Below are positions 36,201 through 47,692 of a stretch of DNA of 64,000 bases, one piece after another. The notes under the pieces were generated by a model. That model was given only the letters and a program-made list of their open reading frames with translations, ran no database searches and had not been told where the DNA came from. The first letter of the stretch is position 1. Every line of letters starts with the position of its first letter. Position numbers and translations under genes: made by a program. The DNA is from Anthoceros angustus (Eukaryota > Plantae > Anthocerotophyta). The stretch covers positions 1,984,001 through 2,048,000 of the forward strand of contig MU008161.1 of the NCBI GenBank assembly GCA_010909165.1, written 5' to 3'.

Positions 36201-39200
36201 GAAGATTTAGGGTCAAGGTTACACATATCTGATAGACACGCTGGTACCAGTCCAAGAGCTACAGAGGTAGATGGCTCATTGAGAAGCTCCGGTATCCCTG
36301 AGAGCCAGAACATAAAAGCCCCTCAAAATGGTGGAAATCCATACAGGGCAGAAGCAAGGGTGGAGTCACTAGCAACACCTGCGAGCCCCAGGGCTGCAGT
36401 AGCTGTAGCAGCTGAGCAGGCCTGTGAAAAATGGAGATTGAGGTATGTCTACCTGAGCAAAAAGGTTTTGTTTCGACCACTGGTCAGTTTATTTGGCGGA
36501 GCAGTGCTGCTTTGTCCATATGTAGCTTGCAAATGTGGGTAAGAACTACTGGTAATGGAGTGCAGGGGCAACCAGGCTTATGAGAGTGGAGATTTTTCTA
36601 AAGCAGAGGAGTACTATTCTCGCGGTGCTGGCAGTGTCTCTTCGCATATGACGTCGCAAAGCTGTGTCCGAGCTTTGATGCTCTGCTACAGCAACAGGGC
36701 TGCGACTAGAATGGCCATTGGAAGAATGAGGGATGCCATTGGGGACTGTATCCGTGCTATGTCTGTGGATCCCAACTTCTTACGCGTGAGGCTACGGCTG
36801 GCTAAGTAAGTGAGCAATGATGGTTTTGGTCTGGTGGACTGAAGTGCCCAAAGACTGCAGGTCTGTTAAGAGGGTTTTCATGTAGAAGTTGTACTAGTGC
36901 AGGGTAGTCATTGGTTATTGGAGCTTGTTAGAAACTCATCTTTGTGTTTGCATCCAGCTGCCATTTGTCTCTAGGAGAAACGGAAGCGGCTTCAGCTGCA
37001 TTCAAGGAGTGTTTGAAGCGAGTAAAGGAAGGAGACCATGTTCTAGACTCAAAGATTGCAGCAGAGGCTGCAGAAGGGTTGAAGAAATCACAGGTATCCG
37101 TCAAAATCAGGCAGGCCTCCTTACAGAAAGCTTGTGTGTTTTACCGGATGTACCAGTTGTGGCAACCCTGATGGATAAAAGGCTTCAGCGGGAAACACTT
37201 TTTTGAAGCTTGTGATGAGCTTGAAAAAGTTTGAGTTGAGCTTCTAAGATTTTGAGCTGGTGGTCAATGACATGTCTCTTCTTGTGAAATTCAGGTTGTA
37301 CAGGAGTACACTGACCGGGCATTGGAGCTTTTGAAGACCTTGAATGTGGCAGATCAAACAAATGCTCTGCGATTGGTGACGGAAGCATTAAAACACAGCC
37401 AATATGCAGACAAGTTGGTGGAACTGAAAGCCATTGCTCTACTTTTGGTATGTTGAGTATGAAAGTAGTGCCATCACGTGTATCATGAGACCTGTAGCAT
37501 GTGTCAGTTTTGATGTTTTCCAGCAAAGCATCTGACTGCACCAAATCTGGCCAACAGTTGAGGAAGTACGAGGACGCTGAGCAGCTCTGTGAGCAGACTC
37601 TTGTTGCGGCAGAGCGAAACTATCCTATGTTGGATGCGCCAAAGAACAGTAACAGTGAATCCTCTCCTGGGCAGCCGTACAATATTTGGAGGTGGAAAGT
37701 TGTTGCTAAATGTAAGTACCATCTTGGGAAACTGGAGGAATCTCTAGAGTACCTGCAGAGGATAGAGAAATTTACGCCTGCTTTCAGTGACAGGTAAGCC
37801 CTCTCTGAAGTCTCTGCTCTTGCTTGTCATCACTCACAGTTTCTGGGGTTCAGCTTCAGCCAATAGCTCTGAACAATTGCTATTTGAAAGCTTTTATTGA
37901 ATTAGTTTGCTATATAGCAGTCTCCAGTTTGGCTAGTTTCATGAATGCTTCTGTGTATGAGCATTTAAAGACGTTGTGTAACTGGACAAGTCTGAAACCT
38001 TAGCATTGGAAGCAACCTGTTTTGCAGGCTGGATTTCTGGCAGATTTTGGACATCAAATCTCCCCAGAGTTCAACGATTCGCAATCTTTTGCAATATAAG
38101 GTTCGCCTGCTTGAAACTGTGGTCCTTGGGATACAGCAGAACTGGACGTCAAAGTTGTTGTCTATTGTTTACATTGCTGATATAATGTTTTTATTCATCC
38201 ACAGGCTGCAGGTAATGAAGCTTTCCAAGCTAACAGACATGCAGATGCAGTGGAACAGTACACTGCTGCGCTAGCTTGCAGTGGGGACTCCCGCCCATTC
38301 AATGCTGTCTGTTTATGCAATCGAGCCGCAGCCTCACAGGCGCTAGGGCACATTGCAGATGCGATTGCAGATTGCAGCAGGGCAATAGCCCTTGACCCGA
38401 AGTATGCAAAGGTTTGTGTAGCCCTCTTCCTTTTTACTTGCCTCACTTTTCTCAAGCATGAGTCTAATCTGGACTCATGCTTGAGGATACTAGCTGATGG
38501 ATGCTTGAAGCATATGAGTCAGTTGATTGCTGTTCGTCGAGCATGAGTCTCTGAACCCCGAAGTATGCAAAGGTTTGTGTAGCCCTCTTCCTTTTTACTT
38601 GCCTCACTTTTCTCAAGCATGAGTCTAATTTGGGCTCGTGCTTGAGGATACTAGCTGATGGATGCTTGAAGCGTATGAGTCAGTTGATTGCTGTTCGTCG
38701 AGCATGAGTCTCTGAACCAAGACCAAGACTGAAGCCTACGATGTGTGCAGGCCATTTCAAGGAGGGCGACTTTGCATGAGCTTGTGCGGGATTACTCTCA
38801 GTCGGTCAGTGATCTGCAACGGCTGATTTCTCTGCTTGAAAGCCAGAAGCTGCATGGTAAGGGCAACCACGGGGGTAAGCCGAAATCAACCAACGGTGGC
38901 CAGGACCTACATCAAGCCCGTGAAAGGTTGGCTAAAGCGGACGAAGAAATCAGGACGAAAAAGAAGGATCACCCTCTGGACCACTATCTGATTCTGTAAG
39001 TCAACCTCTTAAGCATCTGAGGTGAAATTGAGAGGGGTGATGCCATGTTCAGGGTGGTGATGCATGCTTCTGGAATGCAGTGGGGTTGAGAAAGTCAGCA
39101 CTAATGGCGAGATCAAGAAGGCATACCGGAAAGCAGCTTTGAGGCATCATCCTGACAAGGTATGTCTGCTCCGATTTCGCCCTTCACCTCATCATCCGTA

Positions 39201-39781
39201 GCCAGCAAGAATCACCGTACTCATAGTTTCAGTACGGTTCAACATATTCGTTTGTCACGTCACACGGCTTGCTTACTAAGTGTGTGGCTCATCATTCAGG
39301 CGGGCCAGTTTGTGGTATGGAATGATGGAACTGATGACACCCTGTGGCAAGAAATTCGTGATGAAGTCCGGAGGGATGCAGAGCGTCTCTTCAAACTCAT
39401 CGGGGAAGCAAACGCTGTACTTTCAGATCCGATAAAGGTACTTAATGCTCTTTTCTTTCTTGAATATGTATGTTCCAGCCCCGTATCCCGGCGTCTGACA
39501 GTGCGTGCTTGAAACGGCAGCGTGCCCAATACGATAAACTTGAAGACGCACGCAAGATCGGAGTGCATGGCGCCGACATATACTCTGACGGCGCAAGAAA
39601 TAGGCGACATCACTCATCAGACCGCTACGAGTCGTACAGCGGCTACACGCAACAGTATCATCGGACGCAAAGTGCTCCGGATGCTGCACAACCTGACACC
39701 TACGCCCGAAGGGGGCGCAACTTCTCGCACTCCAGCTACAGCGCGGGTGACGGTGGTGGGCGATACGATTGGGACGATTGA
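33267..39781 (+). CDS. TPR-repeat + J-domain (DnaJ) co-chaperone, TPR15/TPR16-like; 3.2 kb low-complexity first exon
   Basis: First in-frame ATG 33267; exon 1 ends 36442. Spliced exons give ACEKWRLR|GNQAYESGD..CYSNRAATRM..DPNFLRVRLRLA, AAGNEAFQ..CLCNRAAASQALG..ALDPKYAK, AISRRATLHE, J-domain IKKAYRKAALRHHPDK (~39115-39160), and end RYDWDD* at 39781. Confidence 0.92.
38396..38718. repeat. 161 bp tandem duplication covering an exon end, splice donor and intron start
   Basis: cccgaagtatgcaaag|gtttgtgtag occurs at 38396 and 38557. The copies differ by 4 transitions and no indels. Confidence 0.95.
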
Positions 39782-40309
39782 ACCTATTTATGTAGGATGT
39801 TTCATCTTGATATCCTGTCCGCTGTTAGAAGACTGGTGTGTGTGTCACAGAGCAGCGGAGACTTTGCAGTCATTTTTTGGGGTGTGGGCAATCTACAATT
39901 GGGTTGCAATGGGACTATGCACGCGTTCAAGCCGTTGCTAACTTCCCCACCCGCTGTGCAGGCATCCACTGGAGAGGTAATTCTTGGCCCTCTGGATGCC
40001 ATTCTCAGATTCGGAGGAAAATTGAAGGGCTCGGCTTGGTAGGTAGAGCACGGCGGCCTTGAGATGCTCCCACCCCGACGAGAACATCCAGCAGAATCGC
40101 TGTCTGAACTGCAAACATGGACTCCATTCGTCCCTAGCTGCTGGCAGACAGATTCAAGCTCTCCTCCAACAAAAACTTCACAACACTCAAACCAACACCT
40201 TAAACAAAACCATCGCCATAGCCAGGAAGCAGCAAAGCTCTTTAAAAGCCAGTGCACACTACACGCAAAACTCAAGCAAAGTGACCAGGAAAGGAAGTAC
40301 CAGTTGAAG

Positions 40310-40615
40310 CTATTTTGGAAAGAGCTCTTCCAGCATCGTAAAGCGTCCAGCCCGCACGACTGTCATACAGCCACAGCGCTCAGCTCTGGGAGCTATTCCA
40401 TGATTTCCGTCCATGGGTTCTTAGCCCTTCAGGTCTTCCCACACTAGGCCAGCATGGCTGCAGGTCGCAGGCAGACACAAGGGAAGGGAAGGTGACTTCA
40501 GTCGGCTAGATGCCTGCCATCAGCATTTTTTCGTAGCACAGGAGAGCGTCCTGACCCATACCGTGCTGACCATAGGCTGCAAGAACTCCATTCCATGCAC
40601 CAACTTCTTCACGGG
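40310..40615 (-). pseudogene. PLS-class PPR gene fragment
   Basis: VGAWNGVLAAYGQHGMGQDALLCYEKMLMAGI*P-EVTFPSLVSAC..HAGLV..HGIAP..CGCM..RAGR. Confidence 0.75.
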
Positions 40616-42117
40616 CAGACTTTTAACGTGGATTGGAGCGTCGGTTGGGGCGTCTTGGGCCGACGCTCCAGCAGGCCAGGCGGCCCTCTGCACTCGAGGG
40701 AGGACAGTAGACGGCCAGCTCCTGTCTCCTTCGTTTCTTCATTTTCATCCCTTGGCTTGGGTCTGTCAGCTTCTCGGCAGAAACTCGGAACTTTGATGCA
40801 AGTCAGATATATGATCGAGTGGCAGTTCACAGGATGAAACAATGGCGGAGGGCAGATTGTTGTGCCTCTCACCTGAATTCTCGGACTCCACTCTTCCACA
40901 GCTTGGGCTGAATCTGCTATCAAGCCTTTCACGGCCTGATGTTCGAAATACCACGTGACCAGGACCAGAGCCGCTTGCTTCATCCCCGCAGCGGGTGGGC
41001 ATGCACTGGCCATGGCCCCGCCCAAGCCGTCCAGAAAGCCCAAAGAGAGAGCGAGTTTGCGCAAGGCTTGTGAGGCTGCCGGTTAGGTGTTCAGCTCCCA
41101 TCCAGACTGTCGGTCCATAGAATTGTGGATGTCGAATCACTTCTTGTGTTTGGAGGAATCCAGACTGCGTCTTTTCGGATGCTGAAGGGCTTGACAGAAA
41201 CGTGAAATTTGAAACGCTAGGCCAGCGTGCAATGTACTCTTTCAGACAGACTGCAGTGCAGCCTAGTTAGATTCCTAGCCCATGTCATCGATTGAGATTG
41301 GTGCAGGCAGCTCCCCGGAAAGTAATGCAACCGTTGGCTTTCCCACGAGGTGCACGTCATGCTGTGTTGTTGTTGATATGCAAGCTTGTTCCGTTTGTGA
41401 GAAGGGAGAGGAACACAAATGCTTGGTGTGCTGAAGTCTCGTAGAAAATGCATCCACGTATAGTGCGCACAGTCATCACAGGCTGGGCGCTGGAATGCTA
41501 TGCGGAGATTATTCCTGAGGAGAGATAGCCTCATGAAGGACCTTTGGACGGAAATGAGGACACCGAACCCTCCTGCAGGAACCCACCAGAGACACCAACA
41601 TGGAAAGATGCGCTGCATTTGCAGAATGTCGACAATCTAGTACTGCAATACACAGCAGCTTCAATCTGCACCTCTTCAGATGACAGCTTTGTCAATCGGC
41701 AAAGCTTGATGTACAATTCTATCCCGCTTCCTTTGATGCGGTTCACCAACAGACATTCTCACCTTTGTCAATTGGCAAACTCTGAGTAGAGAAATTTAAT
41801 TGCTGAAATCGGAGTTTTCTACTCGGTCGGTGGCGACCCCGGAGCAGGCCCCGTTGGTGCCAGTGGCCCTGTCGCGTTAGGGAGGAAAGACACGGGCAAG
41901 CTGGCCTGCAAGGGTGGCGTGTCTATCTGAGCGCCACCGGATCGTTCTAGCTGACGCTCTTTAACCTGCAGCAGGAGCATCGAGCAGGCAGCAGCTCAGT
42001 CACCGTCTTAAGCTTGGGAGCTTTGAGACGGAAGACCTCTCGCTCCCTGGCACTCGACCTGAGTCTCTGCAGAAACGCTGGGCCAGCGTGCAATGTACTC
42101 TTTCAGCGACAAAATGA

Positions 42118-42405
42118 TCACTGTGCAATGCCGCAAACCTGGTGACGGTGGTTCAAGGGTTGATGCTGCCAATTCTCATGTTCCAAACCCGCACTGGTGA
42201 GCTCGGTGCTGCCGGAACCTGCAATGAAATCAAGAACGGCACGAGATTCTCTACATGAATTCAAGTTGTTCAGCTGATGGAAGTGCGGAAGGACGACATC
42301 CATCTTGAACGCACCGTCTGCTTCTGCTGAGGCGATCGTGAAGACTGTGAGAAGCATGAGAATCAAGAGCAGAAGGAGAGACGTGCTGCCCTTGCCCTTG
42401 TCCAT
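42118..42405 (-). CDS. Putative small secreted protein (95 aa), MDKGKG family copy 1
   Basis: MDKGKGSTSLLLLLILMLLTVFTIASAEA-DGAFKMD: basic N-region, hydrophobic core and an A-x-A cleavage-like site. Confidence 0.4.
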   Translation of the reverse strand: MDKGKGSTSLLLLLILMLLTVFTIASAEADGAFKMDVVLPHFHQLNNLNSCRESRAVLDFIAGSGSTELTSAGLEHENWQHQPLNHRHQVCGIAQ

Positions 42406-43179
42406 GCCGGTGGATGGTTTCGGTCTCGGGACAGCGCTGCTGCTTGATATCGGAGACATGCGGATATGTCCGGTGCCGAGGATTATTGTACAGAAGTGTG
42501 CCATGACTATGTCTCCTTCTCGGCAGTTCTCTCTGACCTGTTCTGCACCATAAATCTTTCCTTTCAAGATCAAGGTGAGACGGTTTAGACTCAGTCGGCG
42601 GACCGTGTGGGGTCGGACCTGTTGATGAAAGCATTGCTGCTGACGATATACGTAGGTCCGTAGTTAATCGTCTTGTCTGGACGCTGCGGACTGGCTCACC
42701 TTATTACTTTGTGACTCAGTCTTCACAGTGGAGCCAAACTGCATAAAATATCCGCAATCCCACAATCCCGCGTAGGGTAAGTGAGACATTTTCCCCCTCC
42801 TTGCTTCACCTTGCTTCATCAGTCTAGTGAGTCTGCTGCCTGGTGGTGGTGAACTGTGGATTCCTTGGTAGGTATGCAGAGCAGGGAGTGATGAGGGGGT
42901 TCAGATGGATGTCTTCCTGCTAGTCCAGGCCTTTGAAATGAGTAGGGCCAATTGAACATTTCTCCGAGGCAGAGCCTGCCCTTCCCTGTTGTTGAAGAGC
43001 GGGGTTGAGGGGTGGGAAGGTGGATGAACGTGATAGGGCCATTACCGTGCCAGAGAGAGAGATTCAGCAAAGTTCAGTATGCATGCTGCTGCGATTGGCC
43101 GCAGAAGAAAATGGACAGGCTCTAACCCGCATTGTTGAGTGACTGTTGCATATGCACTTAAGTTCGGTGTTTGATCAGG

Positions 43180-43565
43180 TGTGAACGGTGAGAAGGCTGT
43201 GGAAGCCCCTATTCCGATAAACTCAAGTGCTGCTGCTACCAACCGATGCTTTGCTGGTGCTGAAAGCCATTGCTCTTCTTTTGGTACGTTCAATATGATC
43301 AGGGTTCGGGAATTGTGATCATCACATGTTTTCTGAGACTTGTAGCATGTGCCAGTATAATGTTTTTCCAGTAAAGCATCTCGCTCCAGATTAACCGGCT
43401 GGCACTTCACGCAGTATGAAGTATGAGGATCAGCGATGCTGATCACACTCTTGAACATTGCGGCACAGCGAAACTGGCTAAATGTAGGTACCATCTCAGA
43501 AAACTGGAGGAATATCTGAAGTACCTCGGATAGAGGCCTGCTTTCAGTGACAGATAAGCCAGGGC
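43180..43565 (+). pseudogene. Intron-containing degenerate copy of DnaJ-TPR gene exons (~37330-37800)
   Basis: ctgaaagccattgctct..ttggta, aagtatgagga, gctaaatgtaggtaccatct..aaactggaggaat and gcctgctttcagtgacag align with 37420-37800, including the intron. Confidence 0.85.
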
Positions 43566-43688
43566 TCCGGACAATTGCGATGTGAATGCTTTTCTCGAAT
43601 TCGTTTCAAGCTGTATACCAGTCTCCAGAAAGGCTAGTTTCACGGAGGAAGCCAGTCCTGGGATGTTTCATCTTGACATCCTGTCCGG

Positions 43689-46600
43689 TGATAAAAGTGG
43701 CAAAGCAAAAGTCGTACGAGACTTGCACACGATGCTTCGCATAATTGAAGTAACTAGAAATACAAACAAAACTGTCTTATGTCTTTCACGAAACGTCGCT
43801 AAAGCCCATTGCCTAATTTAGTGGGCTAGAGTTGCACTCTTTCACACTCCCACTCAGCTCTAGGCACGCTAAGGTTGCTTAAAGGACTCCTAAGTGACTT
43901 GACGATTGGATCTAATTCAGATTAGCTTCATCCACTCTCGCCACTTGGCAGCTCCCACTTAAGCTTGGAAAGTACTATTTTGTCGTTGACTTGGCCTCCT
44001 CACCTGCTAAAGTGATGATATCACTACCATCAATTACTCCAAGTCCTTCCCTATGTTTGTTGTGTTTATGAGTCGAAAGAGGCTTAGTAAAAATATCGGC
44101 AGTATTATCCTCGGTATTTACATAAGCCACTACCACCACTCCTCGTGAAGTAACATCGCGTATATAATGGTGATATAGCTCAATGTGCTTAGTACGAGCA
44201 TGATAACGAGGATTAGCGACTAAAGCTATAGCCGACATGTTATCACAATTGAGCAATGTAGGCTGAGGCTGGGGCCATTTTATATCACTTAGAAGTGAAC
44301 GCTCCCACTCAGCCTCTTTACCTACTTCAGTAAGAGCTTTATACTCCACCTCTATCGAACTCAAGGCGAGACTTGTTTGCTTCTTACATCTCCAGCTTAC
44401 GGAGGCGCATATTATTTTATGTTACATAAAACAATATGCGGAAATACTTTTCCGCGTGTCGGCGTCAGAGGCTCAATCGGCATCTACATATCCAGATAGC
44501 TCAAACTGTTTTCGACCTGTGAAAGTGTAGCAGATGCCATATGTTGAGGTACCACTCACATACCTCAGGATCCTCTTCACTGCTATCCAGTGCTTCCTGC
44601 CCGGATTCTGAAGGTATTGAGCAGCAGCATTAACATCATACATGATATCGAGCCTAGTCCAATTAACCAAATAGAGGAGACAACCCACATAAGTAGCATA
44701 AGGGATAGTAAGCATATCCTCACGCTCAGCATCAGATTGTGGGCAATCCTCAGAAGATAACCGAATACCAACCGCCTCGAGTAGATACGGGCCTAGCTGT
44801 TTGCATATTAAAACGGGTTAAGATTTCTCTTACATACTTTTGTTGATGCATAAATATTCGGCCATTAGGTCGATCTCGAAGAATCTGAATCCCGATACAC
44901 CATCGAAGAACCCCAATATCCTTATATCAAATTCGGCCCAAAGCATATCCTTAACAGAGTTAATTAACTTCATACTAGTGCCAAACATACATATGTCATC
45001 AACATATAAAGCTAAAATGATAAAGTTGGAGCCATCAGCTAGATAATAAACATTATTATCAACATGGCTTTGAGTAAAGCCAATAAACTTAAGACGACCA
45101 TCACACTTATAAAACCATTTGTTAGCACTTTGTTTTAAACCATAAAGGCACTTTAGCAGCTTACAAACTAACTCCGCATTAACATCTTCATAACCCTCGT
45201 TTGACATATATTTCCTCCTCGAGTTCTCCATACAAGAATGCGGTACAAACATCCATTTGATGGATTTCTAAGTTCAACTCTGCGGCTAAAGCTAAAAGAA
45301 CCCTTAAGGATTGGGTCTTAACTATCGACAAGAAAGTCTCCTGGTAATCGACGCCAGCTACCTAGCTATAGCCCTTAGCAACTAGCCCAGCTTTATAACC
45401 TTCAATAGAACCATCAGCATTTAATTTGGTCTTAAAGACCCACTTGCAAAGTATGGGTTTATGACCAGGAGGAAGTGGAACTAAATCCCATGTATGATTT
45501 TTAAGCAAAGAATTGTACTCACTTTCTATTGCCGCTTTCCACGCAGCACCATTAGGTCCATCCAAGGCCTCTCGATAGGTAGTAGGTTCACCATCGCCGT
45601 CAAGAGCATATGCAAGGAGAGCCCTAGGATCGCTTGAAGGTGAATTAGTGAAAGCGTAAAATCAGCATGAATAGAATTATCTTCTATATTTGCTTCACCA
45701 TTTCGCATTATCGCATATTTCCAGCATTAGTATTAGCTAAAATATCCGTAAGTGCCCGTACGCACGTGGTCTCGATACGGAGGTTCCGTGACTGGACGGA
45801 GCCCCACGCCTCCTGCAGTAGATGAGCGACGGGAGGCGCCGGCCCAACCACATCTTCAGCCCGCGCTTCATCCCGCGCTCCAAGTTCCACCTTATCCCGT
45901 TCACCCGTTGTTTCCGTGCTGTGACGTTTCCTGCCGCTGCTCACTCGCCACCACTTGCCTGCACCACGGGATCTGCCGCCAATCCTTGATCGCCGCACTC
46001 ACCTCGAGGGCCGGCATGGCTGACGGGAGGTGAGCCGAGCCCGGAGCCTTGCTCCGCCTTGGGATCGCGCGCCCTCGCGCTCAATCCTCAAGACGCCAAA
46101 GGAAGCATCAGCATGCTGCAATCCTTGTCCAGCATTCTGTGTTCCTTCAGATTGAGAGCCCGGCTGCTTGTGGGAAGAACGCAGGCCTTCTGCAGGCCAT
46201 CCTTGGTCGCAATCATGGTCGACTCCCTGCCCATGATTGCGATGCAGGTCTTGTCCTCCAAGCACGGGAGCGTGGGGCAAATGTGGCCATGCTGCAATGT
46301 CCTGCAGCTCCTCCTGCCGTGTGAACTGTCACCTCCAAAGTCTAGATTCCTGTGTGAACTGTCACCTCCAAAGTCTGGATTTTCGTCTACAGTTGATTCC
46401 TGTGAGGCCTGATCAGTGTCTCCATTTGCTGCAGAGACTCCCACTGCTCCCCCTCCCCGCTCAATGACAGGAGCTTCGTTGAAGATAACACTCCTGGCAT
46501 ATGTCAGTTGGTGGGTGGAGGGTGAATACAGTCTATAAGCCTTCACCTGATCTCCACAGTTCCATTTGTCAACATCAGTTTGAGTGACAGCTGGTGTATT

Positions 46601-47692
46601 ACTTGTGGCTGCAGCAACTATGGGAAGAGGCAATGTGCCATCCACGTACTGCCATACCTCTTTAAACTCAAGTGCAGTCTTCATTCTTATTCTCCGGATG
46701 TTATACTTAGTCTGCTTGAATCGATCTGTAATCGACTCGATATGTTGGTCGTGTTAGTAGCCATTGCGGCGAAGAAGTGTGTTAATACACTGTGTGTGAG
46801 GTGGGGGAATTATGATCCTCGGCCTGGCTGCAACAACCTCCTAGGTATTTTGGCACTACTTAGTTAGTTATTTAGTAATCTGCATGGTTATCAAGCTTCA
46901 CATGAAGCCAATTCACCACCAACAGATGTGGCCTTCTCTGACAGGTGTGTCTTGTGGCTCCAAACGATGCAGCATTTAAGTTTTACCGTTTCAGTTTTCG
47001 GGTGGTGGAGGCGTATGTGGCCTCCGAACATTTAGGTTTTCCTCCCTCGGTTGCTGCAGGCTCTCAAGCATAGAGATTACAGCATCGATCCTTTCATTGA
47101 TCTCATTCAAGCAATGAACCATTACTCTGGGATTGATATAGGGAGGCGCATCTCCTTGCCTGGGCAAGGTAAGGCCGTGTTGTTCCCGTGCTGCAATTTG
47201 GTTGTTAGGATTCTCCCAACGCAGAAACTGTCTCCTTTCACTAAGAATTTCAGAGAGACCTGTCCTGCCCTGTTCCCTAGCATGGGGTACCCAATTTCGA
47301 TGGGTAGTGACCCTCCGTTGATCACGCTAGGAGGCGCCCAATTCCTGAGAATTGTTATGGGATTGTTCCTTGGCACTGTGAAATGGGAGGCCACGCACCG
47401 TGCGCCTCTCCGTCTTCTAGGCATTTTTTAAGTCAGTTGGAGAAGCAGATAGCACGCACGCGATGCGCAGATCATAGGCATTGGCAAATCAGCATCCGAG
47501 ATCATGGACATTGAGCCCATACATCCGCCTATTCGAGACCAAGTGGCAAAGCAAAAGTCGACGAGACTTGCACACGATGCTTTGCATAATTGAAGTAACT
47601 AGAAATACAAACAAAACTGCTCTTATGTCTTTCACGAAACGTCGCTAAAATCCTATGCCTAATTTAGTGGGCTAGAGTTGCACTCTTTCACA
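43689..47692 (-). mobile_element. Ty1/copia with short (~158 bp) LTRs, gag fused to the post-integrase region
   Basis: LTRs at 43689-43846 and ~47534-47692 (TG...CTCTTTCACA). PPT AGTGGGAG at 43847-43854. RNase H (DNMSAIAL..RTKHIELYHHYIR..ADIFTKPL), RT (LKCLYGLKQSA, LALYVDDI, CKWVFKTK), and gag EVWQYVDGT joined to KAYRLY..RSVIFNE. Confidence 0.9.

Larger units (their letters stand above)
41910..43688. repeat. Chimeric module copy 1 (signal-peptide ORF, spacer, DnaJ-TPR fragment, DnaJ 3' UTR piece)
   Basis: Colinear with 52995-55870 and partly with 56080-57643. The SYP61 exons are deleted in this copy. Confidence 0.8.

Noticed and set aside
33044-36480. Long overlapping and antisense ORFs (e.g. 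33503..34192, 35648..36166)
   Set aside because: Shadow ORFs of the GC-rich first exon of the DnaJ-TPR gene.
40860-41064. Exon-like ORF MASACPPAAGMKQAALVLVTWYFEHQ...PRIQ|gtgaga
   Set aside because: No recognisable family and no consistent downstream exon; left unannotated.
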